From contig JBGARZ010000002.1 of NCBI GenBank assembly GCA_044229975.1, positions 64,001 through 128,000 of the forward strand: a DNA stretch of 64,000 nt. The letters run 5' to 3'. The notes under the pieces are model-generated. The model searched no databases and was not told the DNA's origin. It saw only the letters and a list, made by a program, of their open reading frames with translations. Made by a program: the position numbers and the translations under genes. Shown piece by piece: positions 20,301 through 28,837 of this stretch (the stretch's first letter is position 1; every line of letters starts with the position of its first letter). This DNA is from Polyangiales bacterium (lineage in GTDB: Bacteria > Myxococcota_A > Polyangia > Polyangiales > Ga0077539).

Positions 20301-22814
20301 GTAGACCCGCGCCGTGCGGAACGACAGAGCGACCTTGTCCTCGGGCGCCGTCGCCCGATCGGCGCTGCTGCCGAGCACCTCGGCGAGCCCTTCGAGGTCG
20401 CCCGCCTCGTCGTAGAGGGCTTCGAGCCGATCCCACTGCCCCGCCTGCGTGTAGACGTCACGCAGGACGCGCAGCGCCTTCGGATGCCGCGCCTGCGTCT
20501 GGAGCACGCGTCGCCACGCGTCGATGGACCGCTCGGCGTCGCCGATGCGCTCGCCGTACACGGAGCCGAGCTTCATCAACAGGGCGACCTTCGGCTCGGC
20601 GTCGTCGGTCTCGCGGACGCGCTGCTCCAGCACCTCGGCGAGGCCCGCGAAGTCGCGCTCGCGCTCCGTGAGACGCTCCAACGCGTCGAGCGCGCCCGGG
20701 GTCTTCGCGTCGAGCGCCAGCGCCTCGCGCCACAGCCCGATGGCCTCGGTGTTGGCCCCGAGCTTCTCGGCGGCGAGCTTCGCCAGCTCCACCAGCGCGT
20801 CGCGCTTCGCGTCACCCTCCAGGCGCTCGGCCTCGCGGCGCGACACGTCGAAGAGCGGGCGCCACGCGCGACGGCGGGTGTAGAGGTCCTTGAGCTGGGC
20901 GAGGGCGTCGGCGTCGGTGGGGTCGAGCGCGACGATCTGCTCCAGCGGACGGGTGGCGTTGTTGACGTTGTTGAAGCGCTCGACCCAGAGCTTCGCCACG
21001 CGGCGCAGCAGGGCCACCTTGGTCGCAGGGTCGTCGGCGTACTCGACCTGCTGGTCGAGCATCTTGATGACGTCGGTCCAACGGTTGAGGCGCTCGTAGC
21101 TCTCGGTGAGCGCGACCAGCGACGGGCGGTCGCCCGGCTCCAAGAGCAGCAGCGCGTTGTACGTCTGCACCACCATCGGCTCCAGCCCGAGGCGGTCGCG
21201 GTAGATGGTCACCATCTCCCGCAGGATCTCGGCCTTGCGCTCCTTGTTGGTGCTGAGGTCCGTGCCGGGGCGCACGCCGCCGAGGGCCTCCAGCTCCTGG
21301 CGGAGGAGCTCGACGAGGTTGTTCCAGCGACCCGCCGTCACGTAGAGGCGGGCGAGCGACTGGCGCGCGTCGACGTACTGCGCGTCGAGGCGCAGCGCCA
21401 TCTTCCAACCCTCGATGGCCTTGTCGACCTGGCCCGCATTCTCGGCCGCGCGAGCGCCTTCGACGGCCTGGACGAGGCGCGGGTTGGCGCCCGTCGGCGG
21501 TGCCGACGTCGTGAGCGGAAGGCGCACCTCGCCCGCCGCTTCGGGGCTCGCGGGCGGCGGCGCGGTGATGCGCGTGTCGGTGGGCGCAGACTCCTCCGCG
21601 GAGGGAGCGTCGATGGCCTCGTCAGCGGTGGCGCTGATCACCACCTGCTCCTGCTCGCCGCTCGGCGCGGGCACCGAAACGGGGGCGGGCTCGGGGTTGG
21701 TGTCGCGCTCCGGCGTCGACGCTTCGGCCGTCGGGACGGCGTCGACGACCGCGGCGGGCGCCTCGTCGACAGGCGCCGCGGACGGGTGCGCCGCGTAGAA
21801 CGCATGCACCGACGGGTGATCGGCGTCCACGTCGCGCAGTCGACGGAAGAAGGGCTCGGCGCGGGCAGCGTCGTTGCGCACGCGCCAGTGGGTCATGCCC
21901 GCCTGCACGAGCAGACCGACGTCGGCGCCGTCCTCTGCGCGTGCCCCGATCTGGGCCTCGTAGAAGTCCGCGAGGTCGTCCCAGCGCTCGCGCTCGGTGA
22001 GGATCGCCACCACGAAACGGCGCGCCGACGCGTTGCCGGGGTCGAGCTCGAGGATGTGCCGGTAGATGCGCTCGGCCGCGCCGATGTCGCTGCGCCGCGC
22101 GGCGTGCGTGCGGGCCGCGCGAAACAGCAGGTCGACCTTGGCCGACGCGGGCTGCACCGCCGCAGCGGAGCGTTCGAGGTGGGCGGCGAGGTCGTCCCAA
22201 CGGCCGCCGCGACGACGCAACACGCGCTCGAAGAGCTGCACCGCGCGGAGGTTGCCGGGGTCGATGGAGAGGGCCGACTCGAAGATGGCGTCGGCCTCCT
22301 TCTCGCGCCCCTTGGGCTTGTACTGGAGCACCACGGCCGCGGCGCTCACGAGGTGCGACGCGATGACGCCGGGCTCAGTGGAGCCTTCCTCGGCGTTCTT
22401 CTTGAACGCGCCCGTGATGTCCTTCCAGCGGGCCTTCTTGGTGTTGAGCCGGTCGCGCATCTCCGTCGCTTCGGCGTCGTCGCCGCTCGACAGCACGGAC
22501 TCCAGCGTCGCGAGCGCCGTCTTGTCGTCGAGCAGCTCCTCCTCCAGGTAGCGCGCCCGCTCGCGCAAGAGCGCAGCGCGCGCCGTCGCGTCGGCGGCCA
22601 CGGCCGCTTCGACGGAGAGCATCGACGCCACGGCTTCGGCCTCGCCGCGGTCGTGCAGCTTGCGACGGGTCTCGGCCAGCAGCGCGCGGCCCTCGTCGCC
22701 CGCGCGGGTCAGCTCGTCGCCCGACGCGAGCTCCTCCAACGTCGCCCACGCGTTTGCGTTCTCGGGATCATCCAGGAGCGAGCCGAGAAGCCTGCGAACA
22801 TTGTCTACGCTCAT
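11355..22814 (-). CDS. Giant (about 3819 aa) TPR-repeat protein, AgmK/GltI-like
   Basis: Continuous degenerate TPR repeats (A...Y..VL..DP....AL..LE.LY....RW..L...L) over 11.4 kb. Size and repeat style match the myxobacterial gliding protein AgmK. Start at MSVDNV (22814). Confidence 0.8.
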   Translation of the reverse strand: MSVDNVRRLLGSLLDDPENANAWATLEELASGDELTRAGDEGRALLAETRRKLHDRGEAEAVASMLSVEAAVAADATARAALLRERARYLEEELLDDKTALATLESVLSSGDDAEATEMRDRLNTKKARWKDITGAFKKNAEEGSTEPGVIASHLVSAAAVVLQYKPKGREKEADAIFESALSIDPGNLRAVQLFERVLRRRGGRWDDLAAHLERSAAAVQPASAKVDLLFRAARTHAARRSDIGAAERIYRHILELDPGNASARRFVVAILTERERWDDLADFYEAQIGARAEDGADVGLLVQAGMTHWRVRNDAARAEPFFRRLRDVDADHPSVHAFYAAHPSAAPVDEAPAAVVDAVPTAEASTPERDTNPEPAPVSVPAPSGEQEQVVISATADEAIDAPSAEESAPTDTRITAPPPASPEAAGEVRLPLTTSAPPTGANPRLVQAVEGARAAENAGQVDKAIEGWKMALRLDAQYVDARQSLARLYVTAGRWNNLVELLRQELEALGGVRPGTDLSTNKERKAEILREMVTIYRDRLGLEPMVVQTYNALLLLEPGDRPSLVALTESYERLNRWTDVIKMLDQQVEYADDPATKVALLRRVAKLWVERFNNVNNATRPLEQIVALDPTDADALAQLKDLYTRRRAWRPLFDVSRREAERLEGDAKRDALVELAKLAAEKLGANTEAIGLWREALALDAKTPGALDALERLTERERDFAGLAEVLEQRVRETDDAEPKVALLMKLGSVYGERIGDAERSIDAWRRVLQTQARHPKALRVLRDVYTQAGQWDRLEALYDEAGDLEGLAEVLGSSADRATAPEDKVALSFRTARVYEERLKQPARAFRSYERVLTVDPTNVAAATALVPIYLEDERWSRLAQLYEVLLNALPADDRTGALGYLHKLREISAGRLGDRTAAFQWALRAYRLDPTDESLETQVEASAAEAGGWRELVDTFDARSAASTDAVEIARLRDKSAAIEADRLGEVDAAVTRIERALGQSPDDAAVIQSLDALLRRAQRWDDLRKLFDHRIARAAGDERRALIAEVAELEEAVLQQPDAASERFRVLIASDPTDATSLAALSRLSEAAGRWTELESTLLARHGLVEGAERADLALALGAVQRDRLGKVEAAIDFYREVLSLSPHHPGALDALESLLRDETWRVVAAQTLEPEFEEIGQFRKLAWVLQILFDVEEDADRRRELGLRLARVYAERLDDPRSGFDLLRSMLDAEPSSEPVANALTGLAIEGGWTAELATFLATLVARETTAPAVRVWLARRTAALHEDRNGDAAAAEPFHRVVIEGGALEPGAFEALERLYKQHARWSDLHALYGTWVERLTDDDARVALFIEEAKLLEDVLDQPEEATSALERAAALDASNVEVSSALDRLYERLGRWDALVALLTRSLEQRAGTDEAQELRLRRAETLEIRLSRLNDAIVDYEGVVESDAANARARRGLERLVEAPALRQRAANGLESLYDRDGDPSAGALVRMLQIRLEATPAGAPRAALYQRIAELREIVLHDPVGALDAIATATLEDPTQSTFREELLRLSAVALQDARAADTLEEVLEDPRASGVRVPVLRDLAAIYDERLIDPVKAERTFRRLLTEAEGDRDTTLSAAVALERLYRALQNPRGLVDALRLRAKHESDPTLQTSLLAQAAEILEDEVGDLAGAIDAQRGRLDLDSGDLDALRSLARLYERSGQWEELVKALRRQAALVDDGESQKRLLVQAASVLEEKLAAVPEAIALYEEVLTSFGPDRAIHAALARLLEVSDQWAGLLAVVERDLAVVEDPTDRLALMVRAADLRYRKTGEPLLAVLGYQEALALDPTTPAARAALTEMLRSDLPEVPIAAARALEPVLRADGDWSKLVDVLDRIAAESDDRDERLQALSKAADVAEMGLSDPGRAFERASRALSLAAEDADAAQRVTHVESLASQSGRHKEMIAVFREVAPKLLDGELQRDVYMHVAGTALSKLDDAATAREHFEKALENQSDFAPALDALESLHESTQAWPELLAVLRRKVELAETDEARRTLLHKVARIQEEKRDDRDGAMEAYEAILGSGFDAESAAALERLYARASRWDDLANLLDSQLTRDGANVADLHHRLGRVAMDHLDDTERAFEHFRAVLDDSTDHEATVSALEELGRRPELAARVATMLEPIYRARQDMPKLIGALESRIAAEDDPPARIELLTRLATLFEDNIGDPGRALDSYARIFREDPTDRATWSTLDRLARATEAHPKLAEVYAATLEGITVDDDSSADLSLVAARLFDERVHDTARARRYYRRTLSFDGSRREAFDALEALLTRENAHAELLDLYRDAAERAADPVERKQFLHRIAAIDEGPLNHPERAIADYRAVLDVDPMDEAAIARLDALLVKTEAWRDLADLLERRIGDAVDTDERSALRFRLGRLRADRLDDAPGAVEAFREILEDRRDHRVAIQSLEQLAEAKPELRIGIVEILEPVYRELDDWARLVGVLEARLAATTDPTDRAQIFKEIGRIRETRARDPKLAFEAFSAAFGGDPGDGEARESVERLAGEHGFWDELVRSYEAALAASDDIVLKTELLRAIAATHDQRRGDPRAAISAYERLFVVDETLIDVLDQLEGLHVLLSDWEGHIDVLERKVTRSHDDEHRRFLLHTIGESQRDMLNNPAASIHAFQRALELDPGDLVSLEALDGLLTQRGDHRGLAEVLQQRLDVETDVDTRTETALRLGRLWERSLDDPHHAIDAYRRALDESAGQTEAIRALERLFAAQSMHPELLENLRTQVAMAEAPADRANLLLRVGALQLKELSDNEAALESYREVLGADPTNADALTAVREISQFADQRVAAVEVLEPLYRSAGRWDDLVQVLEHRLGAVDDMAQRATELRRIAAVHEDGRKDAAAAFDSYLRAFAEDAADPSTLPELERLAASLNRWADLVTALERAVREGSDPSTGRDLSVRAARVAVERMEDDARAALNYRQALELGGDDDSVLEALDQIYSRNAQWIELGDVLERRVLLASPEALDALEVRLAELRMTRFSDARGAVSSLQNVVERNPTHARAIELLEKLIDEPTVRDDAMEVLESTFQRSDDTTRQAWLLGLKVESTTVASEQVRILGDLARLREERMSDLKGALDAVIRAFALDPRDEGLLSEMERLAPAASAWPSLRGVIESAVAPERALLPDETVRLNLRGARWYAESIGDTAAAEARVRDALAADAENVEALTMLEGLQRQPGREADLVATLRRRAEVEFDSDARKAMLREATRLAEGALNNPDLAAEIATAALEVDDSDPTSIDELARLRRGQGRWEDLADLLGRRARLSDDPAEALRLRREVAGLYATQLSDEERAIGAWREVLDFDPSDLAARVALEGLFEHASRWRDLEDALRGRLDVAVSVDERVTTRLRLADIAEQHLHSAQSAVDYLREILDEVPEHGAAGEGLERLYASLSRWSELSELLERRLDHAVSMGDSSTELTTLVRIGELHEQRLNDVDRAIELYERVLDRQPEHSGALAAVARLAEGSGDFEKAASMLRRAVAVAEPGATSAAMALHLATLEADRMNDASGAEQSLRRALELDPSSVDALRRLRALAESRNDHALLADVTERELAVTTAPAAQVTLLRSLATLSRDQLSDPARAIGYLERATALVPDDREVLLPLVDLLTANGREQDAAPIIERIIASFAGRRTKELAQWQHRLGQVQQRLGNKLEALASFDAAFKVDLTSVPILRDLGLLCLEIGDLDRAQKTFRALLLQRLDPGVGLTKADVYAYLGETLSLQNDKPKAIGMLERALESDRQHARATELLAKLRG

Positions 22815-23313
22815 CGCGTGTCGTTCTCCGATGCGCCGTCTGCGAGGGTGTGAAGTGGGAGTCTTCGTCAGGACCGATCGCTGATTCGGGTCCGCGGCGG
22901 TGGGGGACGCGTCCCGTCCCTCCACGCGGGAGCCATCGCTTCAGCCCTGACGTGCGCGGGACGATAGAGCAGCGCTCGCGCGTGTCGCAAGCTGCAATCG
23001 CCGTCGAATTAACGGCAACGCGGGAGCGGCGGCGCGCAGGGCCAAGTCGTCGGCGAGCAGTGCCGTCTTCTTGACGGCGACACCCGTCCGTTGCTAGCGG
23101 ACCTCACTCCAACGGAGCTGTGACGGGTCCGATGGATCGGCGGACGCACCGCCGAGGCAAGTTCACCACGCTCGCCCTGCTGCCCCGCTCGGTCGGGAGC
23201 CGAGGACGGAGTGGTTTCGTGCGCTGGCCCGCGCGCTGCTCTGTCGAGCGGCGTGGGTCCTGCGCGTCTCACGCGTGCGAACGAGCAGCGACCACGGAGG
23301 AGGAGAGAGTCCC

Positions 23314-24318
23314 ATGACGCGAATCGGCGTGTTGTTCGGTGGAATCTCGGCGGAGCGCGAGGTCTCGATGCGCTCGGGCGAAGCGGTGGTGCAGGCGCTG
23401 CGGTCGCGCGGCCACGAGGTGGTGCCCATCGTCGTGGGTCGCGACATCGACCAGGTGCTGCGGGCGTCGAACATCGACGTGGCCTTCCTCGCGCTGCACG
23501 GCCGCTTCGGCGAAGACGGCGCCATCCAGGGGATCCTGGAGTGGCTCGGCATCCCGTACACCGGGTCGAGCGTTCTCTCTTCTGCCCTCAGCCTCGACAA
23601 GCTCAAGGCGAAGGAACTCTTCCGCCTCCACAACATCCCCACGCCCCCGTACTACGACCTCAACGGCCCGGTCTCCGACGCCCAGATCGAGGAGCGTCAC
23701 GGGTCGTTCGGGTTTCCGGTGATGGTGAAGCCGCGCCGCGAGGGATCGTCCATCGGCGTGTCGCGCGCGGGCAACCTCGCCGAGCTGCGCGCCGCCGTCG
23801 ACGAAGCGCTGCGCCACGACGACGGTGTGCTCGTCGAGCGCTACATCCGCGCTCGCGAAGTGCACGTCGCCATCCTCGGCGACCGCGTGCTCGGCGCCAT
23901 CGAGGTGGTGCCCAGGCGGCCCTTCTACGATTACGAAGCCAAGTACTCCAAGGGCCTCTGCGAGTACTACTTCCCCGCGCGACTCGCGCCCACGCGCTAC
24001 CAGGGGGTGCTGCGCCTCGCCGAGCGCGCGCACCACGCACTCGGTTGCACTGGCGCGACCCGCGTGAACCTCCTCGTCACCGAAGGGGAGAACGAGTACG
24101 TCCTCGAAGTGAACACCCTCCCCGGTCTCACCGCGACCTCGCTTCTCCCCAAGATCGCCGCCGGGGCCGGGCTCGATTTCCCGTCGCTCTGCGAGGAGAT
24201 CCTCCGCGGCGCCCGCCTCCACAGCCGCTCCGGCGTGGAGCGTCGCGCGACCCGCGAGGCCGCCCCCGCCTCGCCCTCCCCCGCCTCGCCCTCCCCCCGC
24301 GAGCTCGGCGACGCCTGA
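23314..24318 (+). CDS. ddl: D-alanine--D-alanine ligase
   Basis: GGISAEREVS, LHGRFGEDG, IPYTGS, VKPRREGSSIG, YDYEAKY, LEVNTLPGLT. GGAGGAGG Shine-Dalgarno. Confidence 0.95.
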   Translation: MTRIGVLFGGISAEREVSMRSGEAVVQALRSRGHEVVPIVVGRDIDQVLRASNIDVAFLALHGRFGEDGAIQGILEWLGIPYTGSSVLSSALSLDKLKAKELFRLHNIPTPPYYDLNGPVSDAQIEERHGSFGFPVMVKPRREGSSIGVSRAGNLAELRAAVDEALRHDDGVLVERYIRAREVHVAILGDRVLGAIEVVPRRPFYDYEAKYSKGLCEYYFPARLAPTRYQGVLRLAERAHHALGCTGATRVNLLVTEGENEYVLEVNTLPGLTATSLLPKIAAGAGLDFPSLCEEILRGARLHSRSGVERRATREAAPASPSPASPSPRELGDA

Positions 24319-24323
24319 CCCCC

Positions 24324-24899
24324 CTACGCCGCGCGGCGCTCGTTCATCACGGGCGCCGCTTCGGCCGTCGTCATCGACCGCGCGAGCGAGCGACGCGCGC
24401 GGTGCAGCCGGGACATCACCGTCCCCATCGGGCACCCGAGGGAGTCGGCGATCTCGCGGTAGGACATCTCCCCCAGATCGGCCATCACCACCACCTCGCG
24501 AAACTCCGTCGGGAGCTGGTCGAGCGCGTCGCGCAGCTTCGGGCCGAGGTCGCTGCGTTGGATGCCGCCGTCGGGCGCCGTGACCGCCTCCTGCGCGTCG
24601 CTCAGCGTCATCATGGCGAGGCCCTCCTCGCCCGCCTCGTCGCGGGCCTTCCGCTCGCGTCGCGCCCGGCGGTAGTTGGTGATGTAGAGGTTGATCTGGA
24701 TGCGGTGCAGCCAGCCGCGGAGGTTGGTGCCCTCGGTGAAGCGCTCCCACGACTGCCACGCGAGGAGCAGCGTGTCCTGCACGAGGTCGTCGGCGGTGTC
24801 GCCCGCTCGGGTGAGCCGCCGCGCCGAGGCGTAGAGCCCGTCGATCAACGGGGCCGTCTCGGTCATGAAGTGAGCCCTGCGTCCGGTGTGGTGGTTCAT
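24324..24899 (-). CDS. ECF RNA polymerase sigma factor (SigH/SigR-like)
   Basis: ADDLVQDT, FTEGTNLRGWLHRI, SYREIA..LGCPMGTVMSRLHRAR. Alternative start 24866. Confidence 0.93.
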   Translation of the reverse strand: MNHHTGRRAHFMTETAPLIDGLYASARRLTRAGDTADDLVQDTLLLAWQSWERFTEGTNLRGWLHRIQINLYITNYRRARRERKARDEAGEEGLAMMTLSDAQEAVTAPDGGIQRSDLGPKLRDALDQLPTEFREVVVMADLGEMSYREIADSLGCPMGTVMSRLHRARRSLARSMTTAEAAPVMNERRAA

Positions 24900-25036
24900 G
24901 CGGAGGAGTGTTTCAACTCCCGCGCCAACGCCGGATTGCCTGGATTTTAAGTCATTTTATCGATCAGCCCCGATGACCCGAGGGAGTGCCCGGTTGCCAC
25001 GGCGGCGACGCCCTCCGCAGGTGCTCGGACAAACTG

Positions 25037-26590
25037 TCAACCGGGTTCGAGCGTGGTCGCCAGGAGGTCGGCGATCTCCGTCGCGAGGGCGCCGCGCGAC
25101 GCCCCGCGCTGCGCGGCGATGCGCTCGCCCGCCCGCCCGTGAGCGTGCACCGCCGACGCGATGCGCGTGCGAACCATGATGGGCGCGCTGCTGTTGCGCT
25201 CGGCGAGCCTTGCTCCGATGGCGCCCGCCAGGACGTCACCGCTGCCGCCCACCGCGAGCGCGGGCGTCATGTACGGCATCACCCACGAAGACTCGGCGTC
25301 GCTGACGACGGTCCCCGGCCCCTTCAGCACCACCCACGCGTTGAACATCGACGCCGCCTTGCGTGCGCTCGCGATGCGGTCGTCGTTGACCGGCCGCGTG
25401 TCGGTGCCGAGCAGTCGCGCCATCTCCAACGGGTGCGGCGTCAGCACCCACGCGCGACCCGCTCCGGCCACCGCGCCCTGCGCCGCGAGGTGCCACAGCC
25501 CATCCGCATCGAGCACCAGCGGAACCTCGCACCGACCGAACACCAGCGCCGCGATGGCCGCCGCGTCCTCGTCGCGCCCGAGCCCAGGGCCGAGTACCAC
25601 CGCGTCGGTGCGTCCGAGCATCTCGATGAGCTGCTGCGTGCGCGCCGCTCCATCCGCCGGGAGCATCGTCACCATGGTCTCGGGCAGATGCGGCGACGTG
25701 GGCACCTCCGTCGTCGCCACCGAGACGAGACCCGCGCCCATGCGGTGGGCACCACGCGCGGCGAGCACTGCGGCGCCCGTCATCCCGCGCCTGCCCCCGA
25801 TGACGAGCACGCGACCCGCGTCGCCCTTGTGGGCGTCCGCCTTGCGCGGTGGCGTGCGGGGCGCGGTCGACTCCAGCCAGCAGCGCGAGCGCGCGACGTT
25901 GGTGGGGATGGGCACCCCCAAGGTCACGAGCTTCACCTCGCCCACCATCACGCGACCAGGGCCCGTGTGCAGGCCCGTCTTCTGTGCCGCGAAGGTCAGC
26001 GTGAGGTCAGCCCGAAACACCGCGCCGTCGCCGAGCACCGCGCCGTGGTCGGCGTCGATGCCCGACGGAACGTCCAGCGCCACCCGCAGCACGCCGTGTC
26101 GCGCGTTGGCGGCCGTGATCCACGTCGCCGCGATGCCCGTGACCGCGCGCGTCAGCCCCGTGCCGAAGAGCGCGTCGACGATGCAGTCGCACTCGGCGAG
26201 CGCCACCGCCGCCGCCGTCGCGTCGTCCGTCGCCCGCCGCAACGGAACCCCACACGCCGCCGCCGCTCCGCGCATCACCGCCGCGTCGCCCGTGAGCGCC
26301 GAGCCGTCGACGATGCACCACGCGACCACCACCACGTCCGGCAGGTGCAGCCGCAGGTGGCGCGCAACCACCAGTCCGTCGCCGCCGTTGTTGCCAGGGC
26401 CCACCAGCACCGCGACCCGTCGCAGCGGTTGCTCGCGGGTGCGCTCCAGGATGGCCTCGGCCGCGCCGCGACCGGCGTTCTCCATCAGCAGCACGCCGGG
26501 GACCCCTTGGGCGATGAGCGTCGTGTCGATGGCACGAACCTCGTCGCGGGTGAGGAGGCGCTCAGGCGCGAGGCGATCGTCGACGTTCAT
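25037..26590 (-). CDS. nnr: Bifunctional NAD(P)HX epimerase/dehydratase (YjeF)
   Basis: LMENAG, GPGNNGGDG, VDALFGTG, DVPSG, HKGDAG, GPGLG, DADG, LTPHPLEM, GGSGDVLAG. Confidence 0.95.
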   Translation of the reverse strand: MNVDDRLAPERLLTRDEVRAIDTTLIAQGVPGVLLMENAGRGAAEAILERTREQPLRRVAVLVGPGNNGGDGLVVARHLRLHLPDVVVVAWCIVDGSALTGDAAVMRGAAAACGVPLRRATDDATAAAVALAECDCIVDALFGTGLTRAVTGIAATWITAANARHGVLRVALDVPSGIDADHGAVLGDGAVFRADLTLTFAAQKTGLHTGPGRVMVGEVKLVTLGVPIPTNVARSRCWLESTAPRTPPRKADAHKGDAGRVLVIGGRRGMTGAAVLAARGAHRMGAGLVSVATTEVPTSPHLPETMVTMLPADGAARTQQLIEMLGRTDAVVLGPGLGRDEDAAAIAALVFGRCEVPLVLDADGLWHLAAQGAVAGAGRAWVLTPHPLEMARLLGTDTRPVNDDRIASARKAASMFNAWVVLKGPGTVVSDAESSWVMPYMTPALAVGGSGDVLAGAIGARLAERNSSAPIMVRTRIASAVHAHGRAGERIAAQRGASRGALATEIADLLATTLEPG

Positions 26591-26961
26591 CGCTCCAAGA
26601 CTACTACCGCCGCCGCCACGCCCGCATCGTGCGTGATCGACAGGAACACCCCGCTCACCCCCAGCTCCTCCGCGCGCGCCTTCGCCACACCGTGCCAGCG
26701 GATCGTCGGCGCACCGGGCCGCGCCGAGACGATCTCCGCCTCGTGCCAGTGGATGCCCGGCGGTACGCCCAGCGCCTTGCTCGCGGCCTCCTTCGCGGCG
26801 ATGCGCCCGGCGAGCCACTCCACCGCTCGCTGTTCAGCCGGCGGCATGCGGTCCCGCTCGGCCTCTCCCAGCACCCGCGCGGCGATGCGCTCGCCCCAGC
26901 GCTTCCACATGCGCTCGACGCGGGGCAACGCCACCACGTCGATGCCGAGGCCGACGATCAC
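26587..26961 (-). CDS. acpS: Holo-[acyl-carrier-protein] synthase
   Basis: [28 protein letters not shown]. Confidence 0.95.
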   Translation of the reverse strand: MIVGLGIDVVALPRVERMWKRWGERIAARVLGEAERDRMPPAEQRAVEWLAGRIAAKEAASKALGVPPGIHWHEAEIVSARPGAPTIRWHGVAKARAEELGVSGVFLSITHDAGVAAAVVVLER

Positions 26962-27689
26962 CGCCCGTCGCGCCCGCGGTCCATCGCCGCGCGCATCGCG
27001 CGCACCGCCTCGGCGAGCCCGACCATCACCGCGTCGGCCACCAGCGCGTGCCCGATGTTGAGCTCCTCGACCTCCGCGATGGCGGCCACCGCGCCGACGT
27101 TGGCCACCGTGAGCCCGTGGCCCGCCGCCACCCGCAGTCCGAGCCCCTTCGCCCGCTTCGCGCCGCGGTGCAGCGCCGCGAGCGCCTCGGCCCGCGCGTG
27201 CCCGGTCGCGTCGGCGTACTCGCCCGTGTGCAGCTCGATCTGCTCGGCGCCGAGCGCCGCTGACGCGTCGATCTGCGCGTCGTCGGCCGCGATGAACAGC
27301 GACACCCGGATGCCCGCCGCCCGCAGCGCGTCGATGATCTTCGCCAGCGATGCCTTCTGTCCCGCCGCGTCGAGGCCGCCTTCGGTGGTGCGCTCCTCGC
27401 GCCGCTCGGGCACCAGCGTGACGTGGTCAGGCATCACCGCGAGCGCCACGCGCAGGCCGTCCTCGCTCGCGGCCATCTCCAGGTTGTACGTGCCGCGCAC
27501 GACGTCGCGGATCACCCGCACGTCGCGCTCCTGGATGTGCCGACGGTCTTCGCGCAGGTGCACCGTGATGCCGTCGGCGCCCGCGCGCTCGCACAAGAGG
27601 GCCGCCTCGGCGGGGTCGGGGTAGCGGGTGCCGCGCGCCTGACGGAGCGTGGCGACGTGGTCGACGTTGACGTGCAGCGCGACGCTCAT
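26958..27689 (-). CDS. pdxJ: Pyridoxine 5'-phosphate synthase
   Basis: [48 protein letters not shown]. Start at MSVALH. Confidence 0.97.
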   Translation of the reverse strand: MSVALHVNVDHVATLRQARGTRYPDPAEAALLCERAGADGITVHLREDRRHIQERDVRVIRDVVRGTYNLEMAASEDGLRVALAVMPDHVTLVPERREERTTEGGLDAAGQKASLAKIIDALRAAGIRVSLFIAADDAQIDASAALGAEQIELHTGEYADATGHARAEALAALHRGAKRAKGLGLRVAAGHGLTVANVGAVAAIAEVEELNIGHALVADAVMVGLAEAVRAMRAAMDRGRDGR

Positions 27690-28825
27690 CCGCGCAGCGC
27701 CCCCCGCGCGATGACCAGCCGTTGGATCTCGCTCGTGCCCTCGTAGATCATCGTCACCCGCGCGTCGCGCATCCGTCTCTCCACCGCGAACTCCCGCGTG
27801 TACCCGTAGCCGCCGTGCACCTGCACCGCGCGGTTGCACACCCGCCACGCCGTCTCCGACGCCGTCAGCTTGGCCATCGCCGCCTCCTGCGAGAACGGCC
27901 GCTTGGACTCCTTCAACCACGCCGCGCGCAGCACCAGCCAGCGCGCCGCGTCGAGCTCCGCGTGGCTGTCGGCCAGCATCCACTGGATGGCTTGAAACTC
28001 CCCGATGGCCCTGCCGAACTGTTGCCGTTCGCCCGCGTACCGACGCGCGTCGTCGAGCGCCCCTTCGCCGATGCCGAGGGCCTGCGCGCCGATGCCCACC
28101 CGGCCCCCGTCGAGCGCCATCATCGCGATCTTGAAGCCGCCGCCCTCGACGCCCAGCAGCGCCGTCGCGGGCACCACGCAGTCCTCGAAGGTCAGCGGCA
28201 CCGTGCTCGACGCGCGGATGCCCATCTTGTCTTCGCGCTTGCCGACCTTCAGCCCGGGCGTCGTGCCCTCGACGAGGAAGGCCGACAGACCCGCCGTCCC
28301 AGGTCCGCCGGTGCGCGCCCACACCACGAAGACGCCCGCGCGGTCGCCCGAGGTGATCCACTGCTTGTCGCCGTTGATGACCCACTCGTCACCACGTCGC
28401 TTCGCCGTCGTTCGCATCGCGCCCGGGTCGCTGCCCGCGCCCGGCTCGCTCAGCGCAAACGACCCCGCCACGTACTCACCGCCCACCAGCCGCGGGACGT
28501 ACGTCTCCCGCTGCGCCTCGGTGCCGAAGCCCGTGATGACCTCCGAGACCATGTTGGTCACGGCCATGGTCACCGCCGTGGCCGCGCAGCCCCGCGCGAT
28601 CTCGCGCATCGCGAGCGCGTAGGACACCGCCCCGGCCTCGGCTCCACCCAATGCGGCCGGGACGTTGACGCCCATGAGCCCGAGCTCGGCCATCTCCTTC
28701 AGCACGTCCGCAGGCACCAGCTCCGCGCGCTCGAACTCCGCGGCGCGCGGTCGCAGCACCCGGTCGCTGAAGGCCCGCGCGGTGTCGCGCACCATCGACT
28801 GCGTCTCGCTCAGATTGAAGTCCAT
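27686..28825 (-). CDS. Acyl-CoA dehydrogenase
   Basis: [57 protein letters not shown]. Confidence 0.95.
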   Translation of the reverse strand: MDFNLSETQSMVRDTARAFSDRVLRPRAAEFERAELVPADVLKEMAELGLMGVNVPAALGGAEAGAVSYALAMREIARGCAATAVTMAVTNMVSEVITGFGTEAQRETYVPRLVGGEYVAGSFALSEPGAGSDPGAMRTTAKRRGDEWVINGDKQWITSGDRAGVFVVWARTGGPGTAGLSAFLVEGTTPGLKVGKREDKMGIRASSTVPLTFEDCVVPATALLGVEGGGFKIAMMALDGGRVGIGAQALGIGEGALDDARRYAGERQQFGRAIGEFQAIQWMLADSHAELDAARWLVLRAAWLKESKRPFSQEAAMAKLTASETAWRVCNRAVQVHGGYGYTREFAVERRMRDARVTMIYEGTSEIQRLVIARGALRG

Positions 28826-28837
28826 CGCTAGGCTCCG

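Noticed and set aside
13629..22853. 3074-aa ORF on the + strand
   Set aside because: Antisense shadow of the giant TPR gene. High GC3 removes stops from the complementary frame, and the translation has no recognisable motifs.
24324..24899. ECF sigma as regulator of the MNIO locus
   Set aside because: 14 kb away, no adjacent anti-sigma, and no recognisable ECF promoter upstream of the MNIO genes.
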